Of a stretch of 64,000 nt of DNA, positions 8,428 to 18,803 are shown one piece after another. How positions within the stretch are numbered: position 1 is the stretch's first letter; each line of letters opens with the position of its first letter. This DNA comes from a virus. The position numbers were made by a program, and so were the translations under genes. Under the pieces are notes generated by a model that was not told the origin of the DNA, did not search any database, and saw nothing but the letters and a program-made list of their open reading frames with translations. The stretch spans positions 1 through 64,000 of IMG/VR virus record IMGVR_UViG_3300030060_002972; one strand, given 5' to 3'.

Positions 8428-11400
8428 ATGGCAGAAGAAAGAGACACGGGCATATTAGACCCAACGGACTTTACAGAACCAGATGAATTATTTGACTACA
8501 CTGATTATGTTAGTAGCAGACCAGATGTAGACCCTATAGACTATGTAATAACTTCACAGCATACTGCATATAGTAATGCACCAGAAACTGAGATAGATTC
8601 TAATTTAGCAGAATCTTTTTTACATGGATTAACTTTACACAACGTAGGCTCAGCACCAGAAAACTTATTTTCTACTGAAGGAGCAATGTATCTTTTAGGT
8701 AGTTTTGTACCTCTTGTTACAATTAACAGAATGGCAGTTGCACAAACACCTAAGCTTTTAGCAGGACTACGTAATATAGTAGGAGGTAAACCTACTGGAT
8801 TAACAAAAGCATTACAATCACAACAAGTAGAGTTTGGTAGCCGAGTTGCTTTAGAAGCAGGACTTTGGGCAGGAGTTGACCCTAACCTTGAAGGAGTAGA
8901 TGGGTACAAAGAAGCTCTAGCTTATACCTTCTTAGGAGAAGGTTTATTTTTAGGTATACAACAAGGAATAAAATCTAAATTAAAACTTAAGAATGGTGTA
9001 GGTTTAGAAGAGCCTGGACCTACAGAGGTAACAACTAGAGCAGTATTAGATGATGTTTTTGGTGGACCAATTAAAAACATAGATGAAAAAGGTGTAAAAG
9101 ATTTTTACAGTATGAAAGCTAGGTATGATGAAAACTTAACAGATGAACTAGAAGAGTTAATACTACAAAGTAAACAAATTCAAAATGCTAAATTAGCTCA
9201 AGCTAGAGGTATGTACTCAAATACAATAAGACATACTTCAGATGAATTACCTAATATAAGTTTAAATGTAGATGATTCAGTGAGTGTAATGACTCCTGAT
9301 GGTGTGTACAAAATTAGTAAAGATGATATCAAGAATTGGAAAGCTAACCCTGTTATAAAACAACCTGTAGCTAAGAAAGATTTAAAAGTTATGAGAGCTA
9401 CACAACCTAATAAAAAATTAAAAGATGTATTAACTGAAGAACAGGCAGACAGTATTATAGAACAAATGAGTAATAGGGCTAACTTCTTAAAACCTAAAGA
9501 CATAAAGAAATTTAATCCATTCTATTACTACTCAAAGTTTGGAGCTAAGGATACTGTTACTAAAAAGAAACAAGTTAGAAGAGTTAAACGAGCTACAAAA
9601 AAACAAGAAGCACAAAAAGAAAGAGGTACTATTACTAGTGATAAGTTAATAACTTATCATGCAACTATACGTGGACTAAGAGGTAGTCCTGATGAGAAAA
9701 ACTTTAATGACGTACTAGGAGATTTTATTGCTGGTAGAAGTGCTAAAACTCCAGCAGGAAAGTTACAAGATTTTAAACGACTAGAATCACTACGTTATCT
9801 AGACAAGAGTTCACAAGGTAGATTAAGAAAAGCTCCTACCCCTGACCCTATACTAACACAACTAGGTAAAGGTAGACGTAAGCAAGAAGTAATTACAGGG
9901 TTAGGTCCAGAACCTGTTAGAAAAGAAATAGCAGCTGCAGCAGCTGAGGGTAGACGAGCAGAAGCAGACCCACTTATTCAAGCCTGGAAAGCAAAAAACA
10001 AAGTAAAAGTTATAGACCCAGCAGTAGACCCACTAGGCAGTAAACAAACTGCTAGAGCTAGAAAATCTAAATTACCTACAGAAGAACAAGCTGTAAAAGC
10101 AGCTGAGATATTAGAAGAAGGTAGAATACAATCTAGACAAATAAGTTATAACAGATACAAGTCTACTTATGAAACGGATGCTAGAGCATTTATGGATACT
10201 TTTAATATTAATAACTTAGTAAAAGAAAAAGCACAAGCTGCAGGATTGTCAATGTCTAAAACAGTTCCAGATGTTATTAGAGGTAAAAACTTAGATGTAG
10301 AAATACCTGCTATAGATGATTTAATAGCTAAGAATCCAAAAAGATTAAGCACTGTTAAACGAGTAGTATTAGAAGCTGAAGAAGAATACAATAAAATACT
10401 AGCAGAACATGATACTATTGTACAACAATTTGACCCATACGTAACAGGTAGAGCTAGATTACCAGAACCAGAAGGTCCATTAACAAAAGAAAGTGTACAA
10501 ATAGAATTACCAGAAACTGTACTAAGGTCACCTCATGATACTTTTATGCAAAGAGAAATGTTTGCATTTAAAGATTATGTAGATAACGTGTTAAAAGACA
10601 CAAAAGCAGCAGGTCAAAAGAAACCTATAGTAGATGTAGACCCAGATACAGTAACACCTAAGTCTGACAAGTTAACATTTACAGAAAGAGTTACAGGCAT
10701 AAAGTTTGCTAGAACTGTAAAACCTAAACAAAGAACAGACATAGAAGATATGATGGAGCAATTCCAAGGTAAAGGTAATTCATATACTTTTATAATGGGT
10801 AAGAAAAAATATGCACCATACAAAGAAATAACATTAGGTAAAAGAAAATATCATACAGTTCCTGTGCCTAAAGATTTACAAGATACTGTAGAGTTTATGC
10901 CTACTGGTATATTTAAACCAGTAGATATGCCTATAGAAGCATATGTAAAACAACACAGAAAATATATAAGAACAGTAGTACTAGACAATACACTATCAGA
11001 CCCTGGACTTCGTAGATACATAGACAGTCCAGAAGATATAAACAAACAACAAGTAGAAGTAACAGGTAATACAACTTCTGTAAGTTTAAGTGAAGCTAAA
11101 CATGCAGATGGCTACAATAATTTTATGGGACAAGCTATGGATATAGTTAATAATGCTGTACCTCAAGCTACTTACAAAACCTTAAGTGCTGCTAGAAAAG
11201 CACAAAGTATACCTCTAAACAAAAATATGTTTGTAGCATTAGATAATGCTTTACAAGATGTGTTTGTTAGACTAGGGCACGGTGCATACAATAAAAATGT
11301 ATATATGGATATACTAAAGAAAGCACTTAAAACCAGAGGTATAGACTTAGAAAAACTACCTAAAGGTCCTATACCTCCTGCAGGTAAAAGAGCTATTCAA

Positions 11401-14400
11401 AACACAGTAAACACTATAGAAGAAAACAATATACTTAGTGGCTTAGGAGTATCTCCTGGTAAGAAGGGTAGCTGGGTAGAATACAATAAGAAACAAAAGA
11501 TACTAAAAGATAGACTAGAAGTTATTGATTCAGTAGATAATAGTTTAGCTGCACAAGAAGATGCATTAGCTAAACAAATACTAGCTAAGTTAGAATCTTT
11601 AGTAGAAAATAAAAAGAACTTTGAGTTTGCTAATGAAGACATGCTTGTACAGTTAAACAAACTAGCTAGTGGTCTACAAGCTGTAAATCAGAATGTATCT
11701 TATAACACAAGAAGAGTTTTAAATATGATAGCTGAGGATGCTAAAGCTTTAGCTGTAGATGATACTGCGTTTGGACAACTAACAAAACAAAAAAGAAGTA
11801 GAAAGAGTAAAGCAGGTATTAAAGGTGTAGACAAAGGAGTTGATTTTGAAACAGCAGCACACCAGAAAATAACTAAAGCTCTAGAAAGACTTATGAATCC
11901 TAAGATAGAAAGTAAGTTGTTAAATGAAATAGACTTAACAAACATAAAAAAATTAATTGATGACCCTAAGGCAGGTTCTAAGCACAGAGCAGCTATACAG
12001 AATACTTTGTATAGAAACATACTAAATGAAATAGATGCTTGGGTGTACAACTCACCAAGACGTGCATTTAAAAGTGAGTATGAAACTATAGTAAGAGATG
12101 TAACTAATAACAAAAAATCACAACAAGAATTACTACAGTTTCAAAAACTGTTTATAGCAGACATACTAGCTAACCCAGATGATTTTGTAAAACAAGCTGT
12201 AGCAATTAACAAATATGGTAGAAGTGACCATAAACTATATCTAGCTTTACGAAGTATGTTTGGAGATGACAACGCTAGAATAAAACTACACTCACTTATA
12301 GGTAGACAAGAACTAACTAACAACTTAACTTTACAAAAGTATCTTAGAAGATTAGACGGAGACCCAGAAACAGTTGTAGCTAATCAAACAGATGAGGCTG
12401 CTGAAGCCTCTGCTAAGAAAAAACATGATGGTGATGAAGACCCACCTGGTTCAGATGATGGTACGTCTTCAGGTGACGGTGGTGATGCAGTAGTAGAATC
12501 AGCTCTAGGTAAAATAGAAGAAAGAAATACTCTTGCTGATGCCTTAATAAATGACCCTGTAAATGAGCTAAGAAAGATAGCTACAAAAACAGGAGACTAT
12601 ATATTTTTAGAACTAGCAGATAAAACAAAACTAGCTGTACAAAAACTAAAAAGAAAATTATCTAATGACCCAGCTATTGCAGGAGCAGATGAAGACAGTT
12701 TGTACAGTGTACTAAGAAGAGATGGTAGATATAGTAAAGTAGTAGAAGAAATTGTAGAAGAGGTAGGTGGTGACAAAAGATTTAGAGAACTAGTTATTGG
12801 ACCTGCTAGAGCTAAAGCAGATGAGATACAAAAAGTAGTTAATGATATACAATTTGACAAAAGTCTTAGTGAAGCAGCTGGTATGCAGAAAGCTAGAGAT
12901 GCAGTAAAAACAATGCTTAATGCTAAACTAGTTCCTGTAAATGTACGTAAATTTTTACAGTCTATATATGACACTTTAGATGACCTTAGAAGAATTAGTA
13001 ATAATAAAATTAGAGAAGCTAACATAAAAAGAAAAGAGTTAGGGTTACCTCTGTTAAAAGAAACTAGATATCTACCAGGGTATCTACCTGTAGTACATGA
13101 TGGAGTGTTTGATGTGTACATAGGTGGAGTGTTGCATGGTAACTTTGCAAGTAAAACAGAAGTAAGAGAAGCTCTACTTAAATATTTTAAAGAGAATCCA
13201 CAATCACAAAAAGATATAAGAATACAACCTATTAATTCAGACCTAGATGCAGCAGCAGATATTAAGACTGCTGATGCTTTGATACGTGATGCAGAAATAG
13301 GAGCTCAAGATGCTAAGAAATTTTTAGAAGAATCTACTCCAGAGACTTATACTGACTTATTATTTAGACATGCAAGAAGCAGACAAGAAGGTTTGCTAGA
13401 AACAACTCAACGAACATTCGAGGATTTAGTACAAAGATATTCTTACCAAGCATACAAGTATGGAGAATATGCTGATGTAGCTACATCATTTAAACAGGCA
13501 CATGATTTCTTAGTAAAGAATGGTTATACTGCTGATTCTAATTATATAAAAGCATACCAAGATTATTTCTTAGGTAGACCAGATAAAGTAGAAAGACTCT
13601 TTGATGGTTTTCTTAAGAACTCAGTAGCTAACATATCCAAGATACCTGGAGTAGGGAGTGCATTAGCACACTTTAATATTACACCAGGGTCATCTTCATT
13701 CCGTAAACTATCTGGAATGATTACATCTTTTGGTTCATTTGCTGCTCTAGGATTTAACTTAGCTACAGCTGGATTACAGTTAAGTATTGTTGGTATGAAC
13801 GTAGTACCTGTGCTAGGATTTAGAGCTACAATAAAAGGAATACGTAATGCTAGACTTGCTATGAAACCAGGTACAGAAGCAAACAAAAAGTATGGAAAGA
13901 TTCTACAAGACTTAGGATTAGATATGAATACTAATGATGGTAGAGTACAAGAAATATATGAGAATGCTTTAAAAGTAGCTAATCAATCTGGCACTAGAGT
14001 AAATTTAAAAAGAGTAAAAGATGCATCTCTATTCTTATTTAATAAGATGGATAAAATGGGTAGAGTCATAACTGCTATTGCTGCTAAAGAACATGGAATT
14101 AATATAGCAAGACGTATTGCACAAAAACAATCAAGGTATAATTTTACTAGTATTACAGAAGCTCAAAAGTATTTGAAGAGAGAAGAGAGAATACTGTTTG
14201 AACAATACATGAGATTAGGTGGTCCAAATAAAATAAGTATGACAGATGATGCTGTACTAGATGCTTTCTCTAGAAATATGGTAGATGAAACTAACTTTGT
14301 ATACAACACATCTAATGTGCCTTTTGCATTTAACAATGCTGTAGCAGCACCGTTGTTACAATTTAAAACATGGGTACAAAAAGAAACTATGTTTGTTCTG

Positions 14401-15222
14401 CAAAGTATTTTTGATGCACCTAAGAACTTGCCTTTAGCTCAACGTTACGAAGAGTTTATAAAAATTACAGGAGCTTTTACAGCACTAGGTGGTATATTCT
14501 CTATGCCTGGTGGACAAGAAATGGACTTGTTTATGAGAACAGTATTTGGTGTATCTCCAAAAGCATACTTCTATGAAAAAGATTCACCATTCATGGACAT
14601 ACTAGCAGGTGGTATAGGTATGGGTATGGGTGTATCTTTAGAAGGTAGAATGGGTGCAGGTGATGTATTTACTATTGTTGATACAGAAAACATTTTTGGT
14701 ATATATCCAACAAGATTATTTAAAGCAGCAACTGCATTTAAAGAAGGTAGAGTAGACAAAGGTATAAATTATTTACTACCAAGAGCTATACAAAATTTAA
14801 AACAAGGACTAGAAATAGTAGACTCTGGTAGGTTAATGAGTAGTTATAGTGGAGATTTAGTATTTGATTATGATGAGATGGATAGTAACCCAATGTATGC
14901 TGCTGTTCTTAAGATGGCAGGGTTTGAATCTCCTGATGAAACTAGAAACAGAATTCTTAAATATGCTCTGTATGATAAATCAAGAAAGACAGGTAATGAA
15001 GTACGACTAGCTAAGTGGAGAGCTTTTAGAAACATGGATGATGGTGACTTTGAAGAAGCATACGCAATACTAGCAGCATACAACATCAGTAGAAACGAAG
15101 CTGTAGAGTTATGGAAGAAATCTAGATTTGAAACTGAAGCAGATAGAACGACTATAGGTAACACTACTAGAAGTGATGAACTTCTAGCAGATGTTCAGAA
15201 CTATAGAAATAAATTTAGATAG
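8428..15222 (+). CDS. Large internal virion/ejection protein 3 (T7 gp16-like role), 2264 aa
   Basis: Size and position; C-terminal motifs (LGRP, DETNFVY, LLQFKTW, LKMAGF) shared with 50943..57395. Confidence 0.65.
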   Translation: MAEERDTGILDPTDFTEPDELFDYTDYVSSRPDVDPIDYVITSQHTAYSNAPETEIDSNLAESFLHGLTLHNVGSAPENLFSTEGAMYLLGSFVPLVTINRMAVAQTPKLLAGLRNIVGGKPTGLTKALQSQQVEFGSRVALEAGLWAGVDPNLEGVDGYKEALAYTFLGEGLFLGIQQGIKSKLKLKNGVGLEEPGPTEVTTRAVLDDVFGGPIKNIDEKGVKDFYSMKARYDENLTDELEELILQSKQIQNAKLAQARGMYSNTIRHTSDELPNISLNVDDSVSVMTPDGVYKISKDDIKNWKANPVIKQPVAKKDLKVMRATQPNKKLKDVLTEEQADSIIEQMSNRANFLKPKDIKKFNPFYYYSKFGAKDTVTKKKQVRRVKRATKKQEAQKERGTITSDKLITYHATIRGLRGSPDEKNFNDVLGDFIAGRSAKTPAGKLQDFKRLESLRYLDKSSQGRLRKAPTPDPILTQLGKGRRKQEVITGLGPEPVRKEIAAAAAEGRRAEADPLIQAWKAKNKVKVIDPAVDPLGSKQTARARKSKLPTEEQAVKAAEILEEGRIQSRQISYNRYKSTYETDARAFMDTFNINNLVKEKAQAAGLSMSKTVPDVIRGKNLDVEIPAIDDLIAKNPKRLSTVKRVVLEAEEEYNKILAEHDTIVQQFDPYVTGRARLPEPEGPLTKESVQIELPETVLRSPHDTFMQREMFAFKDYVDNVLKDTKAAGQKKPIVDVDPDTVTPKSDKLTFTERVTGIKFARTVKPKQRTDIEDMMEQFQGKGNSYTFIMGKKKYAPYKEITLGKRKYHTVPVPKDLQDTVEFMPTGIFKPVDMPIEAYVKQHRKYIRTVVLDNTLSDPGLRRYIDSPEDINKQQVEVTGNTTSVSLSEAKHADGYNNFMGQAMDIVNNAVPQATYKTLSAARKAQSIPLNKNMFVALDNALQDVFVRLGHGAYNKNVYMDILKKALKTRGIDLEKLPKGPIPPAGKRAIQNTVNTIEENNILSGLGVSPGKKGSWVEYNKKQKILKDRLEVIDSVDNSLAAQEDALAKQILAKLESLVENKKNFEFANEDMLVQLNKLASGLQAVNQNVSYNTRRVLNMIAEDAKALAVDDTAFGQLTKQKRSRKSKAGIKGVDKGVDFETAAHQKITKALERLMNPKIESKLLNEIDLTNIKKLIDDPKAGSKHRAAIQNTLYRNILNEIDAWVYNSPRRAFKSEYETIVRDVTNNKKSQQELLQFQKLFIADILANPDDFVKQAVAINKYGRSDHKLYLALRSMFGDDNARIKLHSLIGRQELTNNLTLQKYLRRLDGDPETVVANQTDEAAEASAKKKHDGDEDPPGSDDGTSSGDGGDAVVESALGKIEERNTLADALINDPVNELRKIATKTGDYIFLELADKTKLAVQKLKRKLSNDPAIAGADEDSLYSVLRRDGRYSKVVEEIVEEVGGDKRFRELVIGPARAKADEIQKVVNDIQFDKSLSEAAGMQKARDAVKTMLNAKLVPVNVRKFLQSIYDTLDDLRRISNNKIREANIKRKELGLPLLKETRYLPGYLPVVHDGVFDVYIGGVLHGNFASKTEVREALLKYFKENPQSQKDIRIQPINSDLDAAADIKTADALIRDAEIGAQDAKKFLEESTPETYTDLLFRHARSRQEGLLETTQRTFEDLVQRYSYQAYKYGEYADVATSFKQAHDFLVKNGYTADSNYIKAYQDYFLGRPDKVERLFDGFLKNSVANISKIPGVGSALAHFNITPGSSSFRKLSGMITSFGSFAALGFNLATAGLQLSIVGMNVVPVLGFRATIKGIRNARLAMKPGTEANKKYGKILQDLGLDMNTNDGRVQEIYENALKVANQSGTRVNLKRVKDASLFLFNKMDKMGRVITAIAAKEHGINIARRIAQKQSRYNFTSITEAQKYLKREERILFEQYMRLGGPNKISMTDDAVLDAFSRNMVDETNFVYNTSNVPFAFNNAVAAPLLQFKTWVQKETMFVLQSIFDAPKNLPLAQRYEEFIKITGAFTALGGIFSMPGGQEMDLFMRTVFGVSPKAYFYEKDSPFMDILAGGIGMGMGVSLEGRMGAGDVFTIVDTENIFGIYPTRLFKAATAFKEGRVDKGINYLLPRAIQNLKQGLEIVDSGRLMSSYSGDLVFDYDEMDSNPMYAAVLKMAGFESPDETRNRILKYALYDKSRKTGNEVRLAKWRAFRNMDDGDFEEAYAILAAYNISRNEAVELWKKSRFETEADRTTIGNTTRSDELLADVQNYRNKFR

Positions 15223-15231
15223 GAGGTTAAC

Positions 15232-15426
15232 ATGGAAGCAATATCAGAATATATTCCTTGGTTACTATCAGGTGTACTTACAGTAGCAGGATATTTATTT
15301 AAAAATAAATACCAGCAACTAAAGAAAACTGTTGATGTCTTCACAAAAATGTGGGAAGACGACAAAGTAACACAAGAAGAATGGAAAGAATTTGTTGGTG
15401 AAGCAAAGAAATTATTAGGTAAGTAA
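15232..15426 (+). CDS. Small membrane protein (holin-like)
   Basis: Single N-terminal TM, DDKVTQEE motif; AGGAGG RBS; homologue 57395..57589. Confidence 0.6.
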   Translation: MEAISEYIPWLLSGVLTVAGYLFKNKYQQLKKTVDVFTKMWEDDKVTQEEWKEFVGEAKKLLGK

Positions 15427-15454
15427 CGGAAAATGCGTAACACGAGGAGGTTAT

Positions 15455-15832
15455 ATGTTTGGGTTATTAGCAGGTGTAGTATCAACAGCTGTAGATTGTT
15501 TTAAACAAAGACAAGAAACTAAACGACTTGAAGCCACTGCACAGAGAAATCATATGTACAGAATGGCTCAAGGTGAAATAGAATATCAAGCACAGGTACG
15601 AGCAGACAACCAAAATGGTTGGAAGGATGAGTTCGTTCTTGTAATAGTATCCTTACCTATACTAGTCCTAGCATATGCTGTATTCTTTGGGGATGCCATG
15701 ATGAAAGAAAAACTAGATATATTCTTTCAATACTTTAATGGCTTACCACAATGGTATCAATGGTTACTCATAGGTATCTTTGGTGCAATCTATGGTCTTA
15801 AACCAGCAGCAGGGATGTTTGGCAAAAAATGA
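15455..15832 (+). CDS. Putative 3TM-type holin, unit A only
   Basis: GWKDEFVL, TM segments, LPQWYQWLL..IFGAIYG. Confidence 0.65.
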   Translation: MFGLLAGVVSTAVDCFKQRQETKRLEATAQRNHMYRMAQGEIEYQAQVRADNQNGWKDEFVLVIVSLPILVLAYAVFFGDAMMKEKLDIFFQYFNGLPQWYQWLLIGIFGAIYGLKPAAGMFGKK

Positions 15833-16458
15833 GGATACTAACAATAATTATATTAACATTATATGGATGGATAGCTTATGCGACAGATAATAGTACGTCT
15901 AATCAGACCAATACTTCAGGCAGTAACACGTCTATATCGGGTGGTTACACGTCAACAACCACGAACACATACTCAGGAGGTCAGACTAACACCACGACCA
16001 ATAGCACGAGTAACACGACAGAAAGTCAAAGAATACCAGTAGGCTCAGCTATTGCTCCTAGTATGAGTAGTTACTCTCAAGACCTGTGTATAGTAGGAGT
16101 AGCAGGTAGTGTACAAGTCACTGGCTTTGGGGTAGCTGGAGGCACATACGTAGTAGATGAAAACTGTGAGAGAATGAAACTAAGTAAACTATTGTATGAC
16201 TTTAACATGCGTGTAGCTAGTATAGCTATACTGTGTCAGGATGATAGAGTTTTTTCTGCTATGGAGAACGCTGGTACACCTTGCCCATTTGAGGGCAAGA
16301 TAGGTGAAGAGGCTAAAGAACAGTGGAAGAAGTATGACATAGAAAGACCAGACTATGACAAGTATGTACAGAAGCTTAAACGAAGAGCAGCTATAGATAA
16401 CAAGTCAGAATTTAAACCTATACAAACGGAGTATCAACTATATGGAGACGATAATTAA
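15829..16458 (+). CDS. Exported Ser/Thr-rich, Cys-containing protein
   Basis: Signal-peptide-like N-terminus; DLC..DENCER..LCQD..GTPCP; homologue 57592..58239. Confidence 0.7.
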   Translation: MRILTIIILTLYGWIAYATDNSTSNQTNTSGSNTSISGGYTSTTTNTYSGGQTNTTTNSTSNTTESQRIPVGSAIAPSMSSYSQDLCIVGVAGSVQVTGFGVAGGTYVVDENCERMKLSKLLYDFNMRVASIAILCQDDRVFSAMENAGTPCPFEGKIGEEAKEQWKKYDIERPDYDKYVQKLKRRAAIDNKSEFKPIQTEYQLYGDDN

Positions 16459-17815
16459 ATGTGGTTACTTATTGTTAATTGCATTCTTGATAACGTGGGC
16501 AGCCACTGCAGGAAACGTAACCACAGAAAACCTGTTACCAAATGGTACAGGCAACTCAAGTTCTTACCAAAACGTAGACAACACAATACCTAGTGTATCT
16601 ACAAATGGATTTAATGTAGTAGGAACTGTAAGAGACTGGGGTGGTGAGTTAGAAACTACAGGTACAGGTAGTATTAATTATACTGGTAACCTAACTGACT
16701 ACGCTACCCAACAGCAACTAGACAATGGTATTACACTTGACTCTACTACCATAGTGCAGAACTGTGAGTGGCAAGGGTCTGCCTGGCAATGTGGTCAATC
16801 TAGAGCAGGGCAAGACAGTTACACAACAACAGTAAAGATATTAGATGATGAAGGCAATACTTTAGCCATAGTAAATCAAACTAGAAACAATGATGCTGGA
16901 TATGGTAACAATGCTTTTAAGTATGAGGATTCTGTTAGCTACACAGGTACAGGCAGTAACCAGTTCTACTGGGAATGGGAAGGTGTAGACGAAGGTAGCT
17001 ATGTAAACCTAGGTGGACCTAATCTTTTGGGTGCTAAACTTACTATGACCTATGATGATACTGTTATAGAAGAAGAAACTATAGAACAAATAGAAGAAGT
17101 TATAGAACAGTTTGAAGAATGGGAAGAATCATTTACAGAACCTGTACCTATAGAAGAGTTCATCCCTGTTCCTATTGCATTAGAGGAATTTGGTATGATA
17201 CCATTAGAAGAAGAAATAGTATTTGAAGAAATAAATACTACCTTAGAAGAAGAGTTTGAAGAGGTAGAGATATTACAAGTATTCGGAGGACCAGAGATTG
17301 TTGAAGAAGAGACAGAGGTTACAGAAGAGACACCTACTGAAACTGCTACAGTTACAGAAGAACTCGTGGAAGAACAACCTGAACAGACTGAAACCACCAC
17401 TGTGGCAACAGTTCAGGAAGAACCTGCGAGTGAACAACCTAAGACAGACAGTGTGGGAGTAATAGATGTACAAGATGTACAGGCACAGGTAGCAGTCAAA
17501 GTAAAAGGCATAGACAAACAACTAGCTGCAACTAATATAATTGTAGCAGAGGCTATGGAGAAACAGCAGGTAGATATATCTAGTTACTACAAACAGTACA
17601 CAGATACTAGACAGTTGTATGAAGGTAATGTATATGAAGACTTACGTGTACTAGAAGGATATGATGTGCAAATATATCAGAATAATAATAAGTTCTTTGC
17701 TATATCAGTAGATGACCCTGTACTTAAATACCAGATAAACTTTCAAAAAGCTAAACAGAATAGACTAATAAAAGAAAAAGAACTAGAAGTTCTGAGGAGA
17801 CAATATGCTAGATAA
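16442..17815 (+). CDS. Exported protein with beta domain and very acidic stalk
   Basis: Hydrophobic N-terminus, CEWxGSxWQC, Glu-rich region; homologue 58214..59605. Confidence 0.7.
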   Translation: METIIKCGYLLLIAFLITWAATAGNVTTENLLPNGTGNSSSYQNVDNTIPSVSTNGFNVVGTVRDWGGELETTGTGSINYTGNLTDYATQQQLDNGITLDSTTIVQNCEWQGSAWQCGQSRAGQDSYTTTVKILDDEGNTLAIVNQTRNNDAGYGNNAFKYEDSVSYTGTGSNQFYWEWEGVDEGSYVNLGGPNLLGAKLTMTYDDTVIEEETIEQIEEVIEQFEEWEESFTEPVPIEEFIPVPIALEEFGMIPLEEEIVFEEINTTLEEEFEEVEILQVFGGPEIVEEETEVTEETPTETATVTEELVEEQPEQTETTTVATVQEEPASEQPKTDSVGVIDVQDVQAQVAVKVKGIDKQLAATNIIVAEAMEKQQVDISSYYKQYTDTRQLYEGNVYEDLRVLEGYDVQIYQNNNKFFAISVDDPVLKYQINFQKAKQNRLIKEKELEVLRRQYAR

Positions 17816-18038
17816 ATTACAAAAGTATGCCATGATAGTGGGTGTTGTATCTGCCATTGGTGGTGGGTTCTATGCGTGGGGTGTGTTTAACAACAGACTA
17901 GATGCAGTGTCAGCAGCAGTAGGTTCTGATACAGTAGAAAAATTACAACAACAAGTAAATCTACTAGACAAAAGAGTAGAGGTATTGGATGCTAAGCTAG
18001 ATGAATTTAGGTCTGGGCTAGACAATCCACTAAGATAA
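17805..18038 (+). CDS. TM plus coiled-coil small protein
   Basis: Near-identical homologue 59595..59831. Confidence 0.7.
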   Translation: MLDKLQKYAMIVGVVSAIGGGFYAWGVFNNRLDAVSAAVGSDTVEKLQQQVNLLDKRVEVLDAKLDEFRSGLDNPLR

Positions 18039-18298
18039 TGGATTTTATACCTATAATAAAAGAACTAGGATTTCCTATAGTAGTAGCATTCTTTGTACTA
18101 CTTAGGTTAAATGGTAGTTTGGATAAACTAAAGGTATCTATTGATACCTTATCTGAGAAGATGTCTGACAAGGACAATACTCTAACTAAACTTACTAGTA
18201 AAGTAGACATGCTAGAAAGAACTATATATAGGATGGCTAGGAATAAAAGGAGACAGACTAAGTCTGCCTCCCCAGTCCAGCACATGGAGAAAGAATAA
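18038..18298 (+). CDS. YvrJ-like small membrane protein (possible holin)
   Basis: LGFPIVVAFFVL..L..SLDKL..SID; homologue 61132..61374. Confidence 0.6.
   Translation: MDFIPIIKELGFPIVVAFFVLLRLNGSLDKLKVSIDTLSEKMSDKDNTLTKLTSKVDMLERTIYRMARNKRRQTKSASPVQHMEKE
18242..18271 (-). terminator. Intrinsic terminator of the leftward operon
   Basis: Minus strand ggaggcagac-tta-gtctgtctcc then TTTTATT, at the convergence of the two operons. Confidence 0.6.
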
Positions 18299-18314
18299 GG
18301 GAGTATGTGCCAGA

Positions 18315-18803
18315 CTAATTTAATGTCGTATCTTCTTCTTTTTTCTCGAATAATTCTGGAAACTCATCATGTACATAATTAGTCCATGTGGTTTCCTGTA
18401 AGTTAATAATAGAATACCCCTCCTTACTATGTTTATCAACTTCTGCTATAAATCTATTTTCTTTACTTAGTAACTCATGCTCTTTAGCGTACATTAAGTT
18501 AGTCTTTAACAGGCTATTAGTTACATCATGAGGTAATATCATGTTAATCAAAGCAGCAAGAGCCATTCTACATTTAAAGAAAACGGGTTCTTCCCAGCCA
18601 TCAATGACTAATAATTTAGTCTTACCTAATGACATAAGGGCAGCAAGTGAGGGTATAGCTTTCTCTACAAAATCTGTCTGGCTAAAGTTCAGCATAAATT
18701 GTAACGAGATAAGTTCTCGTTCTTCTGGGTCTATAGTGTAATAGTCTGGCAGATTATATATCTGCTGTAATTCACAGAGTATTAATCTTTTTTTGTTGCT
18801 CAT
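18315..18803 (-). CDS. Hypothetical protein
   Basis: Diverged homologue 61419..61907 (same length, PSL.AL..L...KL..IDG, C-terminal TLN). Confidence 0.7.
   Translation of the reverse strand: MSNKKRLILCELQQIYNLPDYYTIDPEERELISLQFMLNFSQTDFVEKAIPSLAALMSLGKTKLLVIDGWEEPVFFKCRMALAALINMILPHDVTNSLLKTNLMYAKEHELLSKENRFIAEVDKHSKEGYSIINLQETTWTNYVHDEFPELFEKKEEDTTLN

Noticed and set aside
8428-15222. Virion RNA polymerase (N4- or crAss-type) in the >2000-aa proteins
   Set aside because: No DxDxD or T7-type A/B/C motifs conserved between the two copies by eye; not excluded without structure prediction
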